Assembly (NCBI GenBank): GCA_024682995.1
Contig: JAIKYR010000071.1
Span: forward strand, 17,883 to 81,882
Length of the DNA: 64,000 nucleotides
Source: Bacteroidales bacterium
GTDB taxonomy: Bacteria; Bacteroidota; Bacteroidia; Bacteroidales; WCHB1-69
Reading direction: 5' to 3'
The position numbers were made by a program, and so were the translations under genes. The notes beneath the pieces are model-generated. The model was not told the DNA's origin, did not search any database, and saw nothing but the letters and a program-made list of their open reading frames with translations. Below, piece by piece: positions 44,396-53,377 of this stretch; within the stretch, counting starts at the first letter, position 1, and every line of letters starts with the position of its first letter.

Positions 44396-45256
44396 CTACA
44401 GATAGCTTTTCAGGTTCTTGTTCTTGCTGTTCTGGCGCAAGCGTTTCAGGGCACGCTCCTTGATCTGGCGCACGCGCTCGCGGGAGAGCTCCATCCGGTC
44501 GCCAATCTCATCCAGCGTGTGCTCGTGTGAGGTGTTGATGCCGTAGAAAAGCATCAGCACTTCGCGCTCCTTCTCGGGCAGCGTGTTCAGCACATCGTGG
44601 ATTTCCGATGCTAATGATTCCTGCATCAGGATGGTGTCCGTATCCTCGTCATTGTCGTGGACGAAAATATCCACAAAGCGAGTCTCCTCATTCGGGGAAA
44701 TCGGCGAGTCGATGGACTGCGGATGGTTGTTCATCTTCATAATCTCCGACACCTTATATACCGGCATGTCAATGGCTTCCGCAATCTCCTCCGTGGTGGG
44801 GATACGTTTCAGCTTTTGTTCCAGACGGGCAGTTTCCTTCTTGATTTTGTTGATCACACCCACCTGGTTGAGCGGCAGACGCACAATGCGCGACTGGTCG
44901 GCGATGGCTTGCAGGATGGACTGGCGGATCCACCACACGGCGTAGGAGATGAACTTGAACCCGCGGGTCTCATCGAATCGCTTGGCTGCCTTGATCAGGC
45001 CCACGTTGCCCTCGTTGATGAGGTCCTGAAGACTGATGCCCTGGTTCTGGTATTGCTTGGCCACCGAGACCACAAAACGCAAGTTGGTGGTAGTCAGCTT
45101 GTTCAACGCCTCTTCGTCGCCGGCCTTGATCTTGCGGGCCAGTTCGACTTCTTCTTCCGCTGTGATCATCTGCTCCTTGCCAATATCGGCCAGATAACGG
45201 TCAAGAGAAGCGGAATCACGGTTGGTGATGGATTTGGAGATTTTAAGTTGTCGCAT
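44396..45256 (-). CDS. rpoD: Primary RNA polymerase sigma factor (sigma-70 / SigA)
   Basis: YAVWWIRQSI, TLDEIGDRMELSRERVRQIKERALKRLR. Confidence 0.9.
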   Translation of the reverse strand: MRQLKISKSITNRDSASLDRYLADIGKEQMITAEEEVELARKIKAGDEEALNKLTTTNLRFVVSVAKQYQNQGISLQDLINEGNVGLIKAAKRFDETRGFKFISYAVWWIRQSILQAIADQSRIVRLPLNQVGVINKIKKETARLEQKLKRIPTTEEIAEAIDMPVYKVSEIMKMNNHPQSIDSPISPNEETRFVDIFVHDNDEDTDTILMQESLASEIHDVLNTLPEKEREVLMLFYGINTSHEHTLDEIGDRMELSRERVRQIKERALKRLRQNSKNKNLKSYL

Positions 45257-45325
45257 ATAGAAATTTTCTTATAATCGTTTGATTTTGTGAATATTATATA
45301 ATGTAAAAAGCTTTTGGGCTTTCTT

Positions 45326-46450
45326 TTATCTTGGATTTTTTTCAAACAGCTCCTTTGTACCCTTATTATTTAATAAAGTTACAAGTTTGTTGAATTTTTC
45401 TTTATTTCGAACGATACTTACGTTGACCACATCGCCCGGGGATTTGGTTTTGAGCACGCCGCGCACCTCCGCGAGGCTGTTCACGGGTGTGCCGCCGATA
45501 TGGGTGATCACGTCGCCGGCCTGCAAGCCGCTTTGGGCCGCCGCGCCTTCATCATCCACTTCCGCCACATATACGCCGCGCACATCTTCCAAATCGTACT
45601 CTTTTGCCAGTGAGGCGTTCAGCTCGGCAATGGAGACGCCGATGTAGGCTTGCTGCACCTGACCATATTCTTTAATATCGAGGTATATCTTCTTCACGAT
45701 GTTGGACGGGATGGCGAACGAGTAGCCGGTATAGTATCCGTTGCCGGAGGCGATGGCCGTGTTGATGCCCACTAAACGGCCCGAGGCGTTCACCAATGCG
45801 CCGCCGGAGTTACCGGAGTTGACAGCCGCATCCGTCTGCAAATAAGACTCTTCCGTCTGGCTTCGCCCGGAGAGCGCCAGCTGCCGCGCTTTGGCGCTGA
45901 TGATGCCCGCGGTGACGGTGGAGGTCAGATTCATGGGATTGCCCACGGCCAGCACCCACTCGCCGATGCGCACCTCATCAGAGTTGTCGAACTCCAGGTA
46001 GGAGAGCCCCTCCGCATTGATTTTCAGCACGGCGAGGTCCGTTTTCGGGTCCGTACCCACAATGGTGCCCTCGTATTCGCGCTTGTCGTTCAGCGTCACC
46101 GTGACCTTCACGGCATCCTCCACCACATGGTTGTTGGTGACGATGTAGCCGTCGGAGGTGACGATGACCCCGGAGCCCGCCGCCTGCACCGGATAGGTGC
46201 TCGGCCTTGAACCGAAAAAGTGCTCCCATATAGTGCCCCCGAAAAACTCATCCCAAGCTGAATTTTTCTGCATAAATTCCGTTTTTATATAGACCACAGC
46301 ATTCACAGAACGCTCGGCGGCGGTGGTCAAATCAACATAGACGGGTCCTTTGGAGGAAGTTTGAGCCTGAATCCCAGTGGGAGTTAGAAATGCGAGTATA
46401 GTACTGACAAACAGTATTTTAATAAATTTTTTTAACATCATTTCCATCAT
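45326..46450 (-). CDS. HtrA/Do-like trypsin-fold serine protease with one PDZ domain
   Basis: TNNHVV, DLAVLKI, GNSGGALV catalytic triad contexts; C-terminal PDZ; exact start uncertain. Confidence 0.85.
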   Translation of the reverse strand: MMEMMLKKFIKILFVSTILAFLTPTGIQAQTSSKGPVYVDLTTAAERSVNAVVYIKTEFMQKNSAWDEFFGGTIWEHFFGSRPSTYPVQAAGSGVIVTSDGYIVTNNHVVEDAVKVTVTLNDKREYEGTIVGTDPKTDLAVLKINAEGLSYLEFDNSDEVRIGEWVLAVGNPMNLTSTVTAGIISAKARQLALSGRSQTEESYLQTDAAVNSGNSGGALVNASGRLVGINTAIASGNGYYTGYSFAIPSNIVKKIYLDIKEYGQVQQAYIGVSIAELNASLAKEYDLEDVRGVYVAEVDDEGAAAQSGLQAGDVITHIGGTPVNSLAEVRGVLKTKSPGDVVNVSIVRNKEKFNKLVTLLNNKGTKELFEKNPR

Positions 46451-46530
46451 ATTTTTCTAATAAAAGCCATACAATAACGAATATGTTTAAAAAAAATTGC
46501 AAGGACAGGATACGGATTATGATTTTTTTT

Positions 46531-46538
46531 TATTTTTG
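46531..46538 (+). promoter_or_regulatory. -7 promoter box for rplU-rpmA
   Basis: TATTTTTG, 37 nt upstream of ATG 46575. Confidence 0.55.
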
Positions 46539-46574
46539 CAGCCCAAAATTTTTAATCAAAAAAACAGTAAAAAA

Positions 46575-46886
46575 ATGTACGCAATTGTAGAAATAGCCGG
46601 GCAACAGTTCAAGATTGAAAAAGACCGCCGCGTCTATGTTCAACGCCTCAAGGCTGAAGAAGGTTCACAGGTGAAATTCGACCGTGTGATGTTAGTGGAC
46701 AATGACGGTTCTGTCAAAGTTGGAACGCCCACCGTGGATGGTGCTGCCGTTACCGCTACCGTTGTCAAACACCTTAAAGGTGACAAAGTTCTTGTTTTCA
46801 AGAAGAAAAGAAGAAAAGGATATCAGAAATTGAATGGCCACCGTCAGAATCTGACCGCCATCAAAATTGATGATATTACGTTGTAA
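46575..46886 (+). CDS. rplU: 50S ribosomal protein L21
   Basis: [22 protein letters not shown]. Confidence 0.95.
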   Translation: MYAIVEIAGQQFKIEKDRRVYVQRLKAEEGSQVKFDRVMLVDNDGSVKVGTPTVDGAAVTATVVKHLKGDKVLVFKKKRRKGYQKLNGHRQNLTAIKIDDITL

Positions 46887-46918
46887 TTCAGTATTAACGA
46901 AACATAATTTAAAAAGAT

Positions 46919-47176
46919 ATGGCACATAAAAAAGGTGTCGGTAGTTCACAGAACGGCCGCGAATCACATAGCAAAAGATTAGGTTTGAAAATCTTCGGTG
47001 GTCAGTTTGCAAAAGCTGGCAACATCATCGTCCGCCAAAGAGGCACTGTCCACAATCCGGGACAGAATGTCGGCATGGGCAAGGATCACACCCTCTACGC
47101 CCTTTGCGACGGTATCGTCTCCTTCCGCAAAACCTACAAGGATAGATCATTTGTATCCGTTATTCCTCAGGAATAA
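46919..47176 (+). CDS. rpmA: 50S ribosomal protein L27
   Basis: [22 protein letters not shown]. Confidence 0.95.
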   Translation: MAHKKGVGSSQNGRESHSKRLGLKIFGGQFAKAGNIIVRQRGTVHNPGQNVGMGKDHTLYALCDGIVSFRKTYKDRSFVSVIPQE

Positions 47177-47216
47177 TCGATAAGGTGATATTTTGTTCAT
47201 AATGTTTGATTTTGAG

Positions 47217-47248
47217 AGCCGTTCTTCCCGAACGGCTTTCTTTTTTTC
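47217..47248 (+). terminator. Rho-independent terminator after rpmA
   Basis: AGCCGTTC/GAACGGCT stem followed by a T-rich run. Confidence 0.8.
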
Positions 47249-47249
47249 G

Positions 47250-47257
47250 TATTTTTG
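47250..47257 (+). promoter_or_regulatory. -7 promoter box for holA
   Basis: TATTTTTG, 24 nt upstream of ATG 47281. Confidence 0.5.
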
Positions 47258-47280
47258 CGGCTCCACATTCGACATCGGAT

Positions 47281-48354
47281 ATGATTAAATACGAAGACCT
47301 TACAAAACAGCTCAAAGCCGGACAGTTCAAGCCCGTATATCTGCTTCACGGCGAGGAGCCTTTTTATATTGATCGCATCTGCTCCTTCTTTGAGAACAAT
47401 GTGCTGGACGAGGCCGACCGCGACTTCAACCAGTCCGTCCTGTACGGGAAGGATGTCACTGTGGCCGATGTGCTCGCCAATGCCAAGCAGTTCCCGTTCG
47501 GCGCACCCTATCGTGTTGTCATCCTGAAGGAGGCAAAAGATCTGTTCAATCTTAAAGGGTCCAAAAAATCAGCCAAGGAAGAGGAAAACGAGACTTTGGA
47601 CGAGTTGGATTCTTCCAAGGAAGACAAAGGTTCGGCGGAATTCGCGCAGCTGCAAGCCTATGCGAAAGAGCCCACCCAGTCCACCATCCTGGTGATCTGC
47701 TACAAATACAAGAAGCTTACGGTCGCCCAGTGCAAACCCTTTGAACAACATGGCGAGGTTTTTCTGTCGGAGGGCGAAAAGGACTGGAATTTGTCCAAGT
47801 GGATTCTGAAGCAGGCCGGCCGTTTCCACTTCACGATGGACGACGCCACCGCCACGCTGTTAGCGGAGCACATTGGCAACGACTTGTCGCGCATATACAG
47901 CGAGTTCGAGAAGTTACGCGTAATCCTGCCCAACGGCGGCACCCTCACCCCCGATGTTGTGGAAAAATATATCGGTATCAGCAAGGAGTACAACATCTTT
48001 GAGTTGCAGGATGCCTTGGGCAACCGCAACGAGCCGAAAGCCTACAAGATCACGCTGAACTTTGCGCAGCATCTGAAGGACAATCCCAACGTGAAAACCA
48101 TCCTGATGCTGTTTCGTTTTTACAACAACATGCTCCGCTACCATCTGTCGCCCGACAAAAACTCCGATACCGGCAAGAAAATATTCGGGAATTTGGCTTT
48201 CCGGATGGTGCCCATGGCCCAGAAGCACAGTATCGCGCAACTCACCCGCATCATATCCCTGCTGCGCGAATATGACATGAAGAACAAAGGTTTGGACAAC
48301 AACTGTGAGGAGGGCGAGCTTCTAAAAGAGCTGATTTACAAGATTCTGCATTAG
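47281..48354 (+). CDS. holA: DNA polymerase III delta subunit
   Basis: ORF 47206-48354; ATG 47281 follows the terminator and -7 box; FKPVYLLHGEEPFYID N-terminus. Confidence 0.8.
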   Translation: MIKYEDLTKQLKAGQFKPVYLLHGEEPFYIDRICSFFENNVLDEADRDFNQSVLYGKDVTVADVLANAKQFPFGAPYRVVILKEAKDLFNLKGSKKSAKEEENETLDELDSSKEDKGSAEFAQLQAYAKEPTQSTILVICYKYKKLTVAQCKPFEQHGEVFLSEGEKDWNLSKWILKQAGRFHFTMDDATATLLAEHIGNDLSRIYSEFEKLRVILPNGGTLTPDVVEKYIGISKEYNIFELQDALGNRNEPKAYKITLNFAQHLKDNPNVKTILMLFRFYNNMLRYHLSPDKNSDTGKKIFGNLAFRMVPMAQKHSIAQLTRIISLLREYDMKNKGLDNNCEEGELLKELIYKILH

Positions 48355-48439
48355 AGTTGGGCTTTAGCCATTGGCTATTGGCTGTTAGCTATTGGGAGTT
48401 GGGGATTGGGATTTGTGGTTTACGATTTGCGTTTTTCGG

Positions 48440-48756
48440 TTCCCGGTTCTCTGTTCCCGCCCCTAACGCCGTCAGGCGTTGCAGATCTGTAGGAATAGGG
48501 CCGCCGCATGGACAGCAAGTGCGATGTGCACCATTCCGCCAGCGACGACAGGAGCGGCGGAATCTCCCCACGTCCCGATCAGATTTTTTCCAACTTTTTG
48601 GGTACAGTTTACAAAACATCCCCGTCAGGGGATGCATATCTGTAGCCCAAGGCGTTCCCGCGAGAGGCATAAATCCCCGTGAGGGGATTCATTTGACAAT
48701 ATGGGCGGCGGCGGTTCATCGGCGGTGGTTTTGGAGTGGCGAAAATACGAAAAATC
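48440..48756 (-). repeat. GC-rich hairpin-module repeat R1 (terminal copy, no toxin tip downstream)
   Basis: Hairpins AACGCC-GTCA-GGCGTT, CATCCCC-GTCA-GGGGATG, AATCCCC-GTGA-GGGGATT; the 48618-48756 part aligns with R2 and R3. Confidence 0.7.
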
Positions 48757-48837
48757 CGAATATGACGGAGGCCTCCACCTCCTTGCCGTTGATGTAGATG
48801 GCTACCTTGCGGGTGTAAATCGTTTCCGGGACCAATA

Positions 48838-49278
48838 TCAACGAAAGACACGGGATGCGGTAAAATAACAATATATATATTCAGTTTTTTCGTCCAGCGA
48901 TGGTACATAGTTTACCTTTATACGAAACCCATTATCTTTCTGATACTCAGTAAGGTGTATCTCAGTAGTAGGCGCGGAGAGGGACGCACTTTTTAAAATG
49001 TTGTTGATATTAAATTGTATTATCTCAGACAATTTGGATTTTAACTTAATCCAACATTCCATTTTAGAAACACTTGGAACTAAAATATCATTATCAACGA
49101 GACACCATATAGAATCTTTCTTTATTTCAAGTTCGAGCGAAACAAAATAATCGACTGTATCAGTATTATAAATCATAAACGAAACGTCTCCAGTTTTGTT
49201 ACAATATAGCTTGTCAACAACAATTTGCCCTGCTAAATAAAAAGGGGATAGCATAATAATTATAAGTATTTTTTTCAT
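48838..49278 (-). CDS. Putative immunity protein 3 (exported, 146 aa)
   Basis: ATGA overlap with the upstream toxin stop; signal peptide MKKILIIIMLSPFYLAGQ; AT-rich. Confidence 0.6.
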   Translation of the reverse strand: MKKILIIIMLSPFYLAGQIVVDKLYCNKTGDVSFMIYNTDTVDYFVSLELEIKKDSIWCLVDNDILVPSVSKMECWIKLKSKLSEIIQFNINNILKSASLSAPTTEIHLTEYQKDNGFRIKVNYVPSLDEKTEYIYCYFTASRVFR

Positions 49279-50057
49279 TCCGTTATTACCGTCTTTTTGG
49301 TACCACCATTAGTATTGTGATCTGGACCAGGGTACTCTATTATAACATCAATTTTTGAATTATCATCCCCATATTCCATCAAATCGTTGAAAAATTCTTT
49401 TTCTATCTCTATGCAACCGTGGGTAAATCCCTTTTCTGAATCATGTATGTAGAAACTATTATTGTCTCGATTTGAAGCTCCTGTAACCGAAACGGGCTCT
49501 AGTTTTGCACGATGTTTTCCCCATTCTGAATACGTACAATAATGTCCATCTTCTCTTTGATAATAATCAGGGATTTTTTCAATTCCACCCTCGGGTGAAC
49601 GCAATAATTGCCCTGTTTTGGGATCCGCATTTGCTATTCTATTAGGATCAGGCTTCAAATTAATATAATATTGTCCTTCTGGGGTTGGCCCTCCATTTCT
49701 TACATTTTGATATTTAGCATATTGGCAATCAATTATGGCTCCAGTAGTGGTTGTCGCGTTATTTAGTCCCGAAGTGGCTTTGTAGGTGTGAATCAAATTG
49801 CTCTTGTCTCCAACTTCGCCTCCATACCAAAGAGCGGCATTCCCAGTGACAAGCACCCAATCTTGTCCATCAAAGTCAATTAGCTTCACCGGGTTGTCCG
49901 CGCAATACACATACGGACTCAAAGATGGATATTTGTCACTCATCGGATCCACACTCAACCAGATGCTTAAATCGCTGCTGTAATATCTTGAACCGAAGTA
50001 GGATAGACCCGTTTCAGTGTCTTTCTCTTTTGCGGAGAAGGTGAAAGTCCAGCGGAC
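49275..50057 (-). CDS. Orphan Rhs tip 3: conserved core end plus Tlde1/DUF2778-like (L,D-transpeptidase-fold) toxin domain; start unresolved
   Basis: Homology to the main Rhs begins at VRWTFTFSAKEKDTETGLSYFGSRYYSSDLSIWLSVDP (50057). Toxin part has GPTPEGQYYI, WGKHRAKLEP and FYIHDSEKGFTHGCIEI. There is no ATG inside the conserved block. Confidence 0.6.
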   Translation of the reverse strand, partial: VRWTFTFSAKEKDTETGLSYFGSRYYSSDLSIWLSVDPMSDKYPSLSPYVYCADNPVKLIDFDGQDWVLVTGNAALWYGGEVGDKSNLIHTYKATSGLNNATTTTGAIIDCQYAKYQNVRNGGPTPEGQYYINLKPDPNRIANADPKTGQLLRSPEGGIEKIPDYYQREDGHYCTYSEWGKHRAKLEPVSVTGASNRDNNSFYIHDSEKGFTHGCIEIEKEFFNDLMEYGDDNSKIDVIIEYPGPDHNTNGGTKKTVITE

Positions 50058-50423
50058 AGGGGGCAGGGGACAGGGAATGGTGAGTGAATGGGCGAGGGAA
50101 TGCGTTTTGATGGCTGTAAACCACCAGCCATCCCCATGAGGGGATGCAGCTCGGTAGCAAAGGGTTACGATGTGTGTCCCAAAAATCCCCGATAGGGGAT
50201 TCACCGCGAAGGATTGCAGGTGGCGGCATACGGCGCGCCCTTGCCCGTCCGTTTGTGCGTTGGCAACGGGATGTTGTGCCGCCCCTCCGGGGCTTGGGGT
50301 GCGGGCGGGGTGCCTCGTCCTACCGCGCTTGCGCCCCCTGCGGGGCGCGGTGGACGCAATCGACGGGCAATATGTGAGGGTAGTAGGCATAGCGGTTTTG
50401 ATGGGGCGAAAATAGGGAAAAAC
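50058..50423 (-). repeat. GC-rich hairpin-module repeat R3, abutting orphan tip 3
   Basis: CATCCCC-ATGA-GGGGATG, AATCCCC-GATA-GGGGATT, GCGCCCC-CTG-CGGGGCGC; 50058-50200 aligns closely with 52150-52300. Confidence 0.7.
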
Positions 50424-50446
50424 ACAATTGGATCATCATAGGATTA

Positions 50447-51319
50447 TCATAGGATAGAACTTTCGCTTTTCATATCGTTATTCTGTTTGCTTCTCCATTG
50501 TCTAATGAGCCTATAAGTACTCCGATCAAGGGCTTTCTTTTCACCTCGTTTTTGATCTTTGAAAATTCTCCCTTTAGTGTCATAATAGATTTTTTTTGTC
50601 AGTTTACCCGCCCGATAATAGTAAATGCATTGAAGTCCATTGTGTTTTTTCTTCGTATAGAAATCATAAACAGTATCTTTCAATCCATTTGTATATATTG
50701 TTGTCGTCTCCAGTATCCTTTGATAGTTGTAAATGTTTTCTTTGTACAAGGTGTTGTTCTTATAGTATTGGACTAGGCTGTCAACAAAACAATAAGCGGC
50801 ATCTATTATGGTGTCGAATTTCGCATAATAATTCCAAATGGGCTGGTTAAAGCCCACATAGGATGTGTCATAATCGAACTTGTCCGAGAGATATCTGTCC
50901 GGATAGTTCAAATCTTCTTCGCCATTCACATAGAGAAGTTGTGTCAACATTTCTCCGCCTGCTGAATAGCTTTTGACAAATCCGTCCACGACTCCCAGTT
51001 TGTATGAAACCTCTCCACGCAACCGACCGTCAGGCCAATACTCTTTTGAAACGCCATCCTCCAAACCATCTTTGTAACTGATGGTTTGAATGAGCTTGCC
51101 TGTCTTGAAATTATAACTGGTATCGGACAACTCACGTCCCATATCGTACACCGTTTTCTTCATCAAGATAGTATCCTTATCTACCACCTTGGCAATAACA
51201 AACCAATTACCGTGTGGTAATCCACCCACGAGTTGGTTGTGCAGATTGTTCAGCCCGGTCACAGGTTGTCCGAACAGCAGGGTCGGAAAGAATCCTAAAA
51301 GAAATAATACTTTCTTCAT
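50447..51319 (-). CDS. Putative immunity protein 2: exported MORN/YwqK-like repeat protein
   Basis: ATG 51319 gives signal peptide MKKVLFLLGFFPTLLFGQ; repeats such as YWPDGRLRGEVSYKLGVVDGFVKSY. Confidence 0.65.
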   Translation of the reverse strand: MKKVLFLLGFFPTLLFGQPVTGLNNLHNQLVGGLPHGNWFVIAKVVDKDTILMKKTVYDMGRELSDTSYNFKTGKLIQTISYKDGLEDGVSKEYWPDGRLRGEVSYKLGVVDGFVKSYSAGGEMLTQLLYVNGEEDLNYPDRYLSDKFDYDTSYVGFNQPIWNYYAKFDTIIDAAYCFVDSLVQYYKNNTLYKENIYNYQRILETTTIYTNGLKDTVYDFYTKKKHNGLQCIYYYRAGKLTKKIYYDTKGRIFKDQKRGEKKALDRSTYRLIRQWRSKQNNDMKSESSIL

Positions 51320-51345
51320 ATTCTGTTTGCTTTTCCTCAATTGAA

Positions 51346-52149
51346 TTATCTCATCCGAACATGTTTTTTGTGAGTACGATAATCAGAGACCCTTGCAACT
51401 GGCCTTATGTCTAATCTTCTTGAGCGCAATGTTACTGAAAACTTCCAATTATCTTGTCTTTTATCAGTGAGCCTGTTTTGTATGCAATACGAAATAGAAC
51501 GGGCATCACCAACTTCCAAATTATAAGAGAAAGAATTACCCTCAGGAGAGTTAATCCATCCTGTTTCTACTTTATCAGCAGCGATGAATGTAGCGTAATT
51601 TTCTACCCCGTACGGATTAAAATCAATTTCAGCAGCATAGACATCTGGTCCCACTGGGATTTCACCACATACAATCATTTCTTGATTGTCGGCTCTATTC
51701 TTAACATTGATTATTTTTTTTGTTTCACTAAATACTTTAATATCTACTATTTCTTCGCCATCCCAATAAGTATTATCCTTGCTTTGATATTTTCGTCGAA
51801 GCTGTTTTTGATATTTATTAGACAAGGTAACAGCTTCGGATTCTAACTCGTCAGCACTTGCACCATTTTTAGCCATTTTCATCAATGGTGTTTTGATTTT
51901 TTTGTCAAAAAATTTTTTGATGCGTTTTGAAGGGTCTCCTCCGTCATACACCTCTTCCCCATTCGGATCCACCAACTTCACCGGGTTGTCCGCGCAATAC
52001 ACATACGGGCTTAATGACGGATATTTCGCAGCCTGCGGATCAACACTGAGCCAGATGCTCAAATCGGAGTTGTAATATCTTGAGCCAAAGTAGGAAAAGC
52101 CGGTTTCTGCGTCCTTTTCTTTTGCGGAGAAGGTGAAAGTCCAGCGGAC
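51346..52149 (-). CDS. Orphan Rhs tip 2: conserved core end plus unclassified toxin domain; start unresolved
   Basis: VRWTFTFSAKEKDAETGFSYFGSRYYNSDLSIWLSVDP...DPNGEE followed by about 200 aa of AT-rich unique sequence. Confidence 0.6.
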   Translation of the reverse strand, partial: VRWTFTFSAKEKDAETGFSYFGSRYYNSDLSIWLSVDPQAAKYPSLSPYVYCADNPVKLVDPNGEEVYDGGDPSKRIKKFFDKKIKTPLMKMAKNGASADELESEAVTLSNKYQKQLRRKYQSKDNTYWDGEEIVDIKVFSETKKIINVKNRADNQEMIVCGEIPVGPDVYAAEIDFNPYGVENYATFIAADKVETGWINSPEGNSFSYNLEVGDARSISYCIQNRLTDKRQDNWKFSVTLRSRRLDIRPVARVSDYRTHKKHVRMR

Positions 52150-52362
52150 AGGGGTCAGGGGACAGGGAACAGCAGGTGGGTGGGCAAGGGAATGCGTTTG
52201 GGTGGCTGCAAACCACCGACCATCCCCGCCAGGGGATGCAGCTCGGTAGCAAGGGGTTACGATGTGTGCCCCAAAAATCCCCGATAGGGGATTCATAAAA
52301 CGATATGGTCGGCAGCGGTGCATTGATGGGTGTTTTTGATGAGGCGAAGATATGAAAAAAAT
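52150..52362 (-). repeat. GC-rich hairpin-module repeat R2, abutting orphan tip 2
   Basis: CATCCCC-GCCA-GGGGATG, and AATCCCC-GATA-GGGGATT followed by a T-run on the minus strand (terminator-like). Confidence 0.7.
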
Positions 52363-52384
52363 ATTAAACAACCAAGCTGCAGTT

Positions 52385-53377
52385 TCAATAGTTAATTATA
52401 GTTGCTGGTATCAAGTATGGGGTACATAAGCCAACGATCATAAAGCCTGTATCTTTTTTGAGCACTTGAAATATTACCTCTTTCTGATGTAAACAAATCA
52501 TCCATTCTGTTTTGATAAGAATTGTATCGCCTTCAGCATACAAGATATTGATTTTTTTAGGTGATAATGGTTCCATCGTCTCTTCACAAAACAAGTGTTC
52601 CAATTCGCAAAAGTTATAAATTGTTTGCATCAAAGTACTTGTATCATATTTCTGTTGTCCATACTTTAGGTAATACCATTTAGTGACAATCCTTGATCCA
52701 TTTTTTGATGATGTTGTATATCTCTTGCCGATTTGGTATTTGTTAAATTGATCTGATAAGCACGAAAAGTCTGCATAGTTCCATACCGAATCTTTTTTAT
52801 TCGCAAGAGATAACATAAAAGAAGATAGGGCTGAAGCGAGTCCCAATGTGTCTAATGTCAAATCATCCGTGAACGGATTATCATTGAAAAATAGTCCCGA
52901 TATGTTTGGAGAGAGATACAATGGAACAATGGGGTCTTCTATAGGAATGCATAAAACACTATCGTATAACAATACATTAAGCGTTTGAGGGTAATGAAAA
53001 GAAGCGGCATATTCATTTGAATTATCAAAATAAGATCGGACTGCTAAAGTGTAAGTTTTATTGGTCTTTAATGGGGTACAACTCTCCATGTTGACTGAAG
53101 GGCTTTTGGTAGATAATATGGTGATTTTGGTTTTATGAGATTTCTGAATAGCAAAACCTCTCAACAAATATCCACCTGGAATCTTTATCGCTCTTACAAA
53201 TTTCACCTTATAAATTCTATTATCAGTTAGAGAATCTGAATGACTCAGGTGCAATTTTCCATTCGTTTTGATGTGTTGGGGATACAATAATCCTTCTGTA
53301 TGCGCCGACAAACATGTCAAACTCAAGAGCAAAGATAAGAAAAGCCGACATTTCTGAATCACAATTGACATTTTCAT
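52385..53377 (-). CDS. Putative immunity protein 1 (exported, 330 aa)
   Basis: ATGA overlap with the orphan tip 1 stop; signal peptide-like N-terminus; AT-rich; no family recognised. Confidence 0.6.
   Translation of the reverse strand: MKMSIVIQKCRLFLSLLLSLTCLSAHTEGLLYPQHIKTNGKLHLSHSDSLTDNRIYKVKFVRAIKIPGGYLLRGFAIQKSHKTKITILSTKSPSVNMESCTPLKTNKTYTLAVRSYFDNSNEYAASFHYPQTLNVLLYDSVLCIPIEDPIVPLYLSPNISGLFFNDNPFTDDLTLDTLGLASALSSFMLSLANKKDSVWNYADFSCLSDQFNKYQIGKRYTTSSKNGSRIVTKWYYLKYGQQKYDTSTLMQTIYNFCELEHLFCEETMEPLSPKKINILYAEGDTILIKTEWMICLHQKEVIFQVLKKDTGFMIVGLCTPYLIPATIINY

Noticed and set aside
48357-48908. ORFs 48357-48797 (+), 48389-48670 (-) and 48609-48908 (-)
   Set aside because: They are translations of the GC-rich hairpin-module repeat R1 and adjacent spacer. 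They are Arg/Pro/Gly-rich, and the repeats R2 and R3 show the similarity at the DNA level rather than as conserved protein.
50058-50390. N-terminal 111 codons of ORF 49275-50390 (and codons 1-74 of ORF 51346-52371) as genuine coding sequence
   Set aside because: This part is the hairpin repeat. Differences between the two copies are mostly non-synonymous, and homology to Rhs begins only at VRWTFTFSAKEKD. It is kept as a low-confidence possibility in the findings and is not annotated as CDS.
48440-52362. CRISPR array hypothesis for the recurring hairpin repeats
   Set aside because: The repeat units are heterogeneous and irregularly spaced. They are separated by kilobase-sized genes rather than 25-40 bp spacers, and there are no cas genes.
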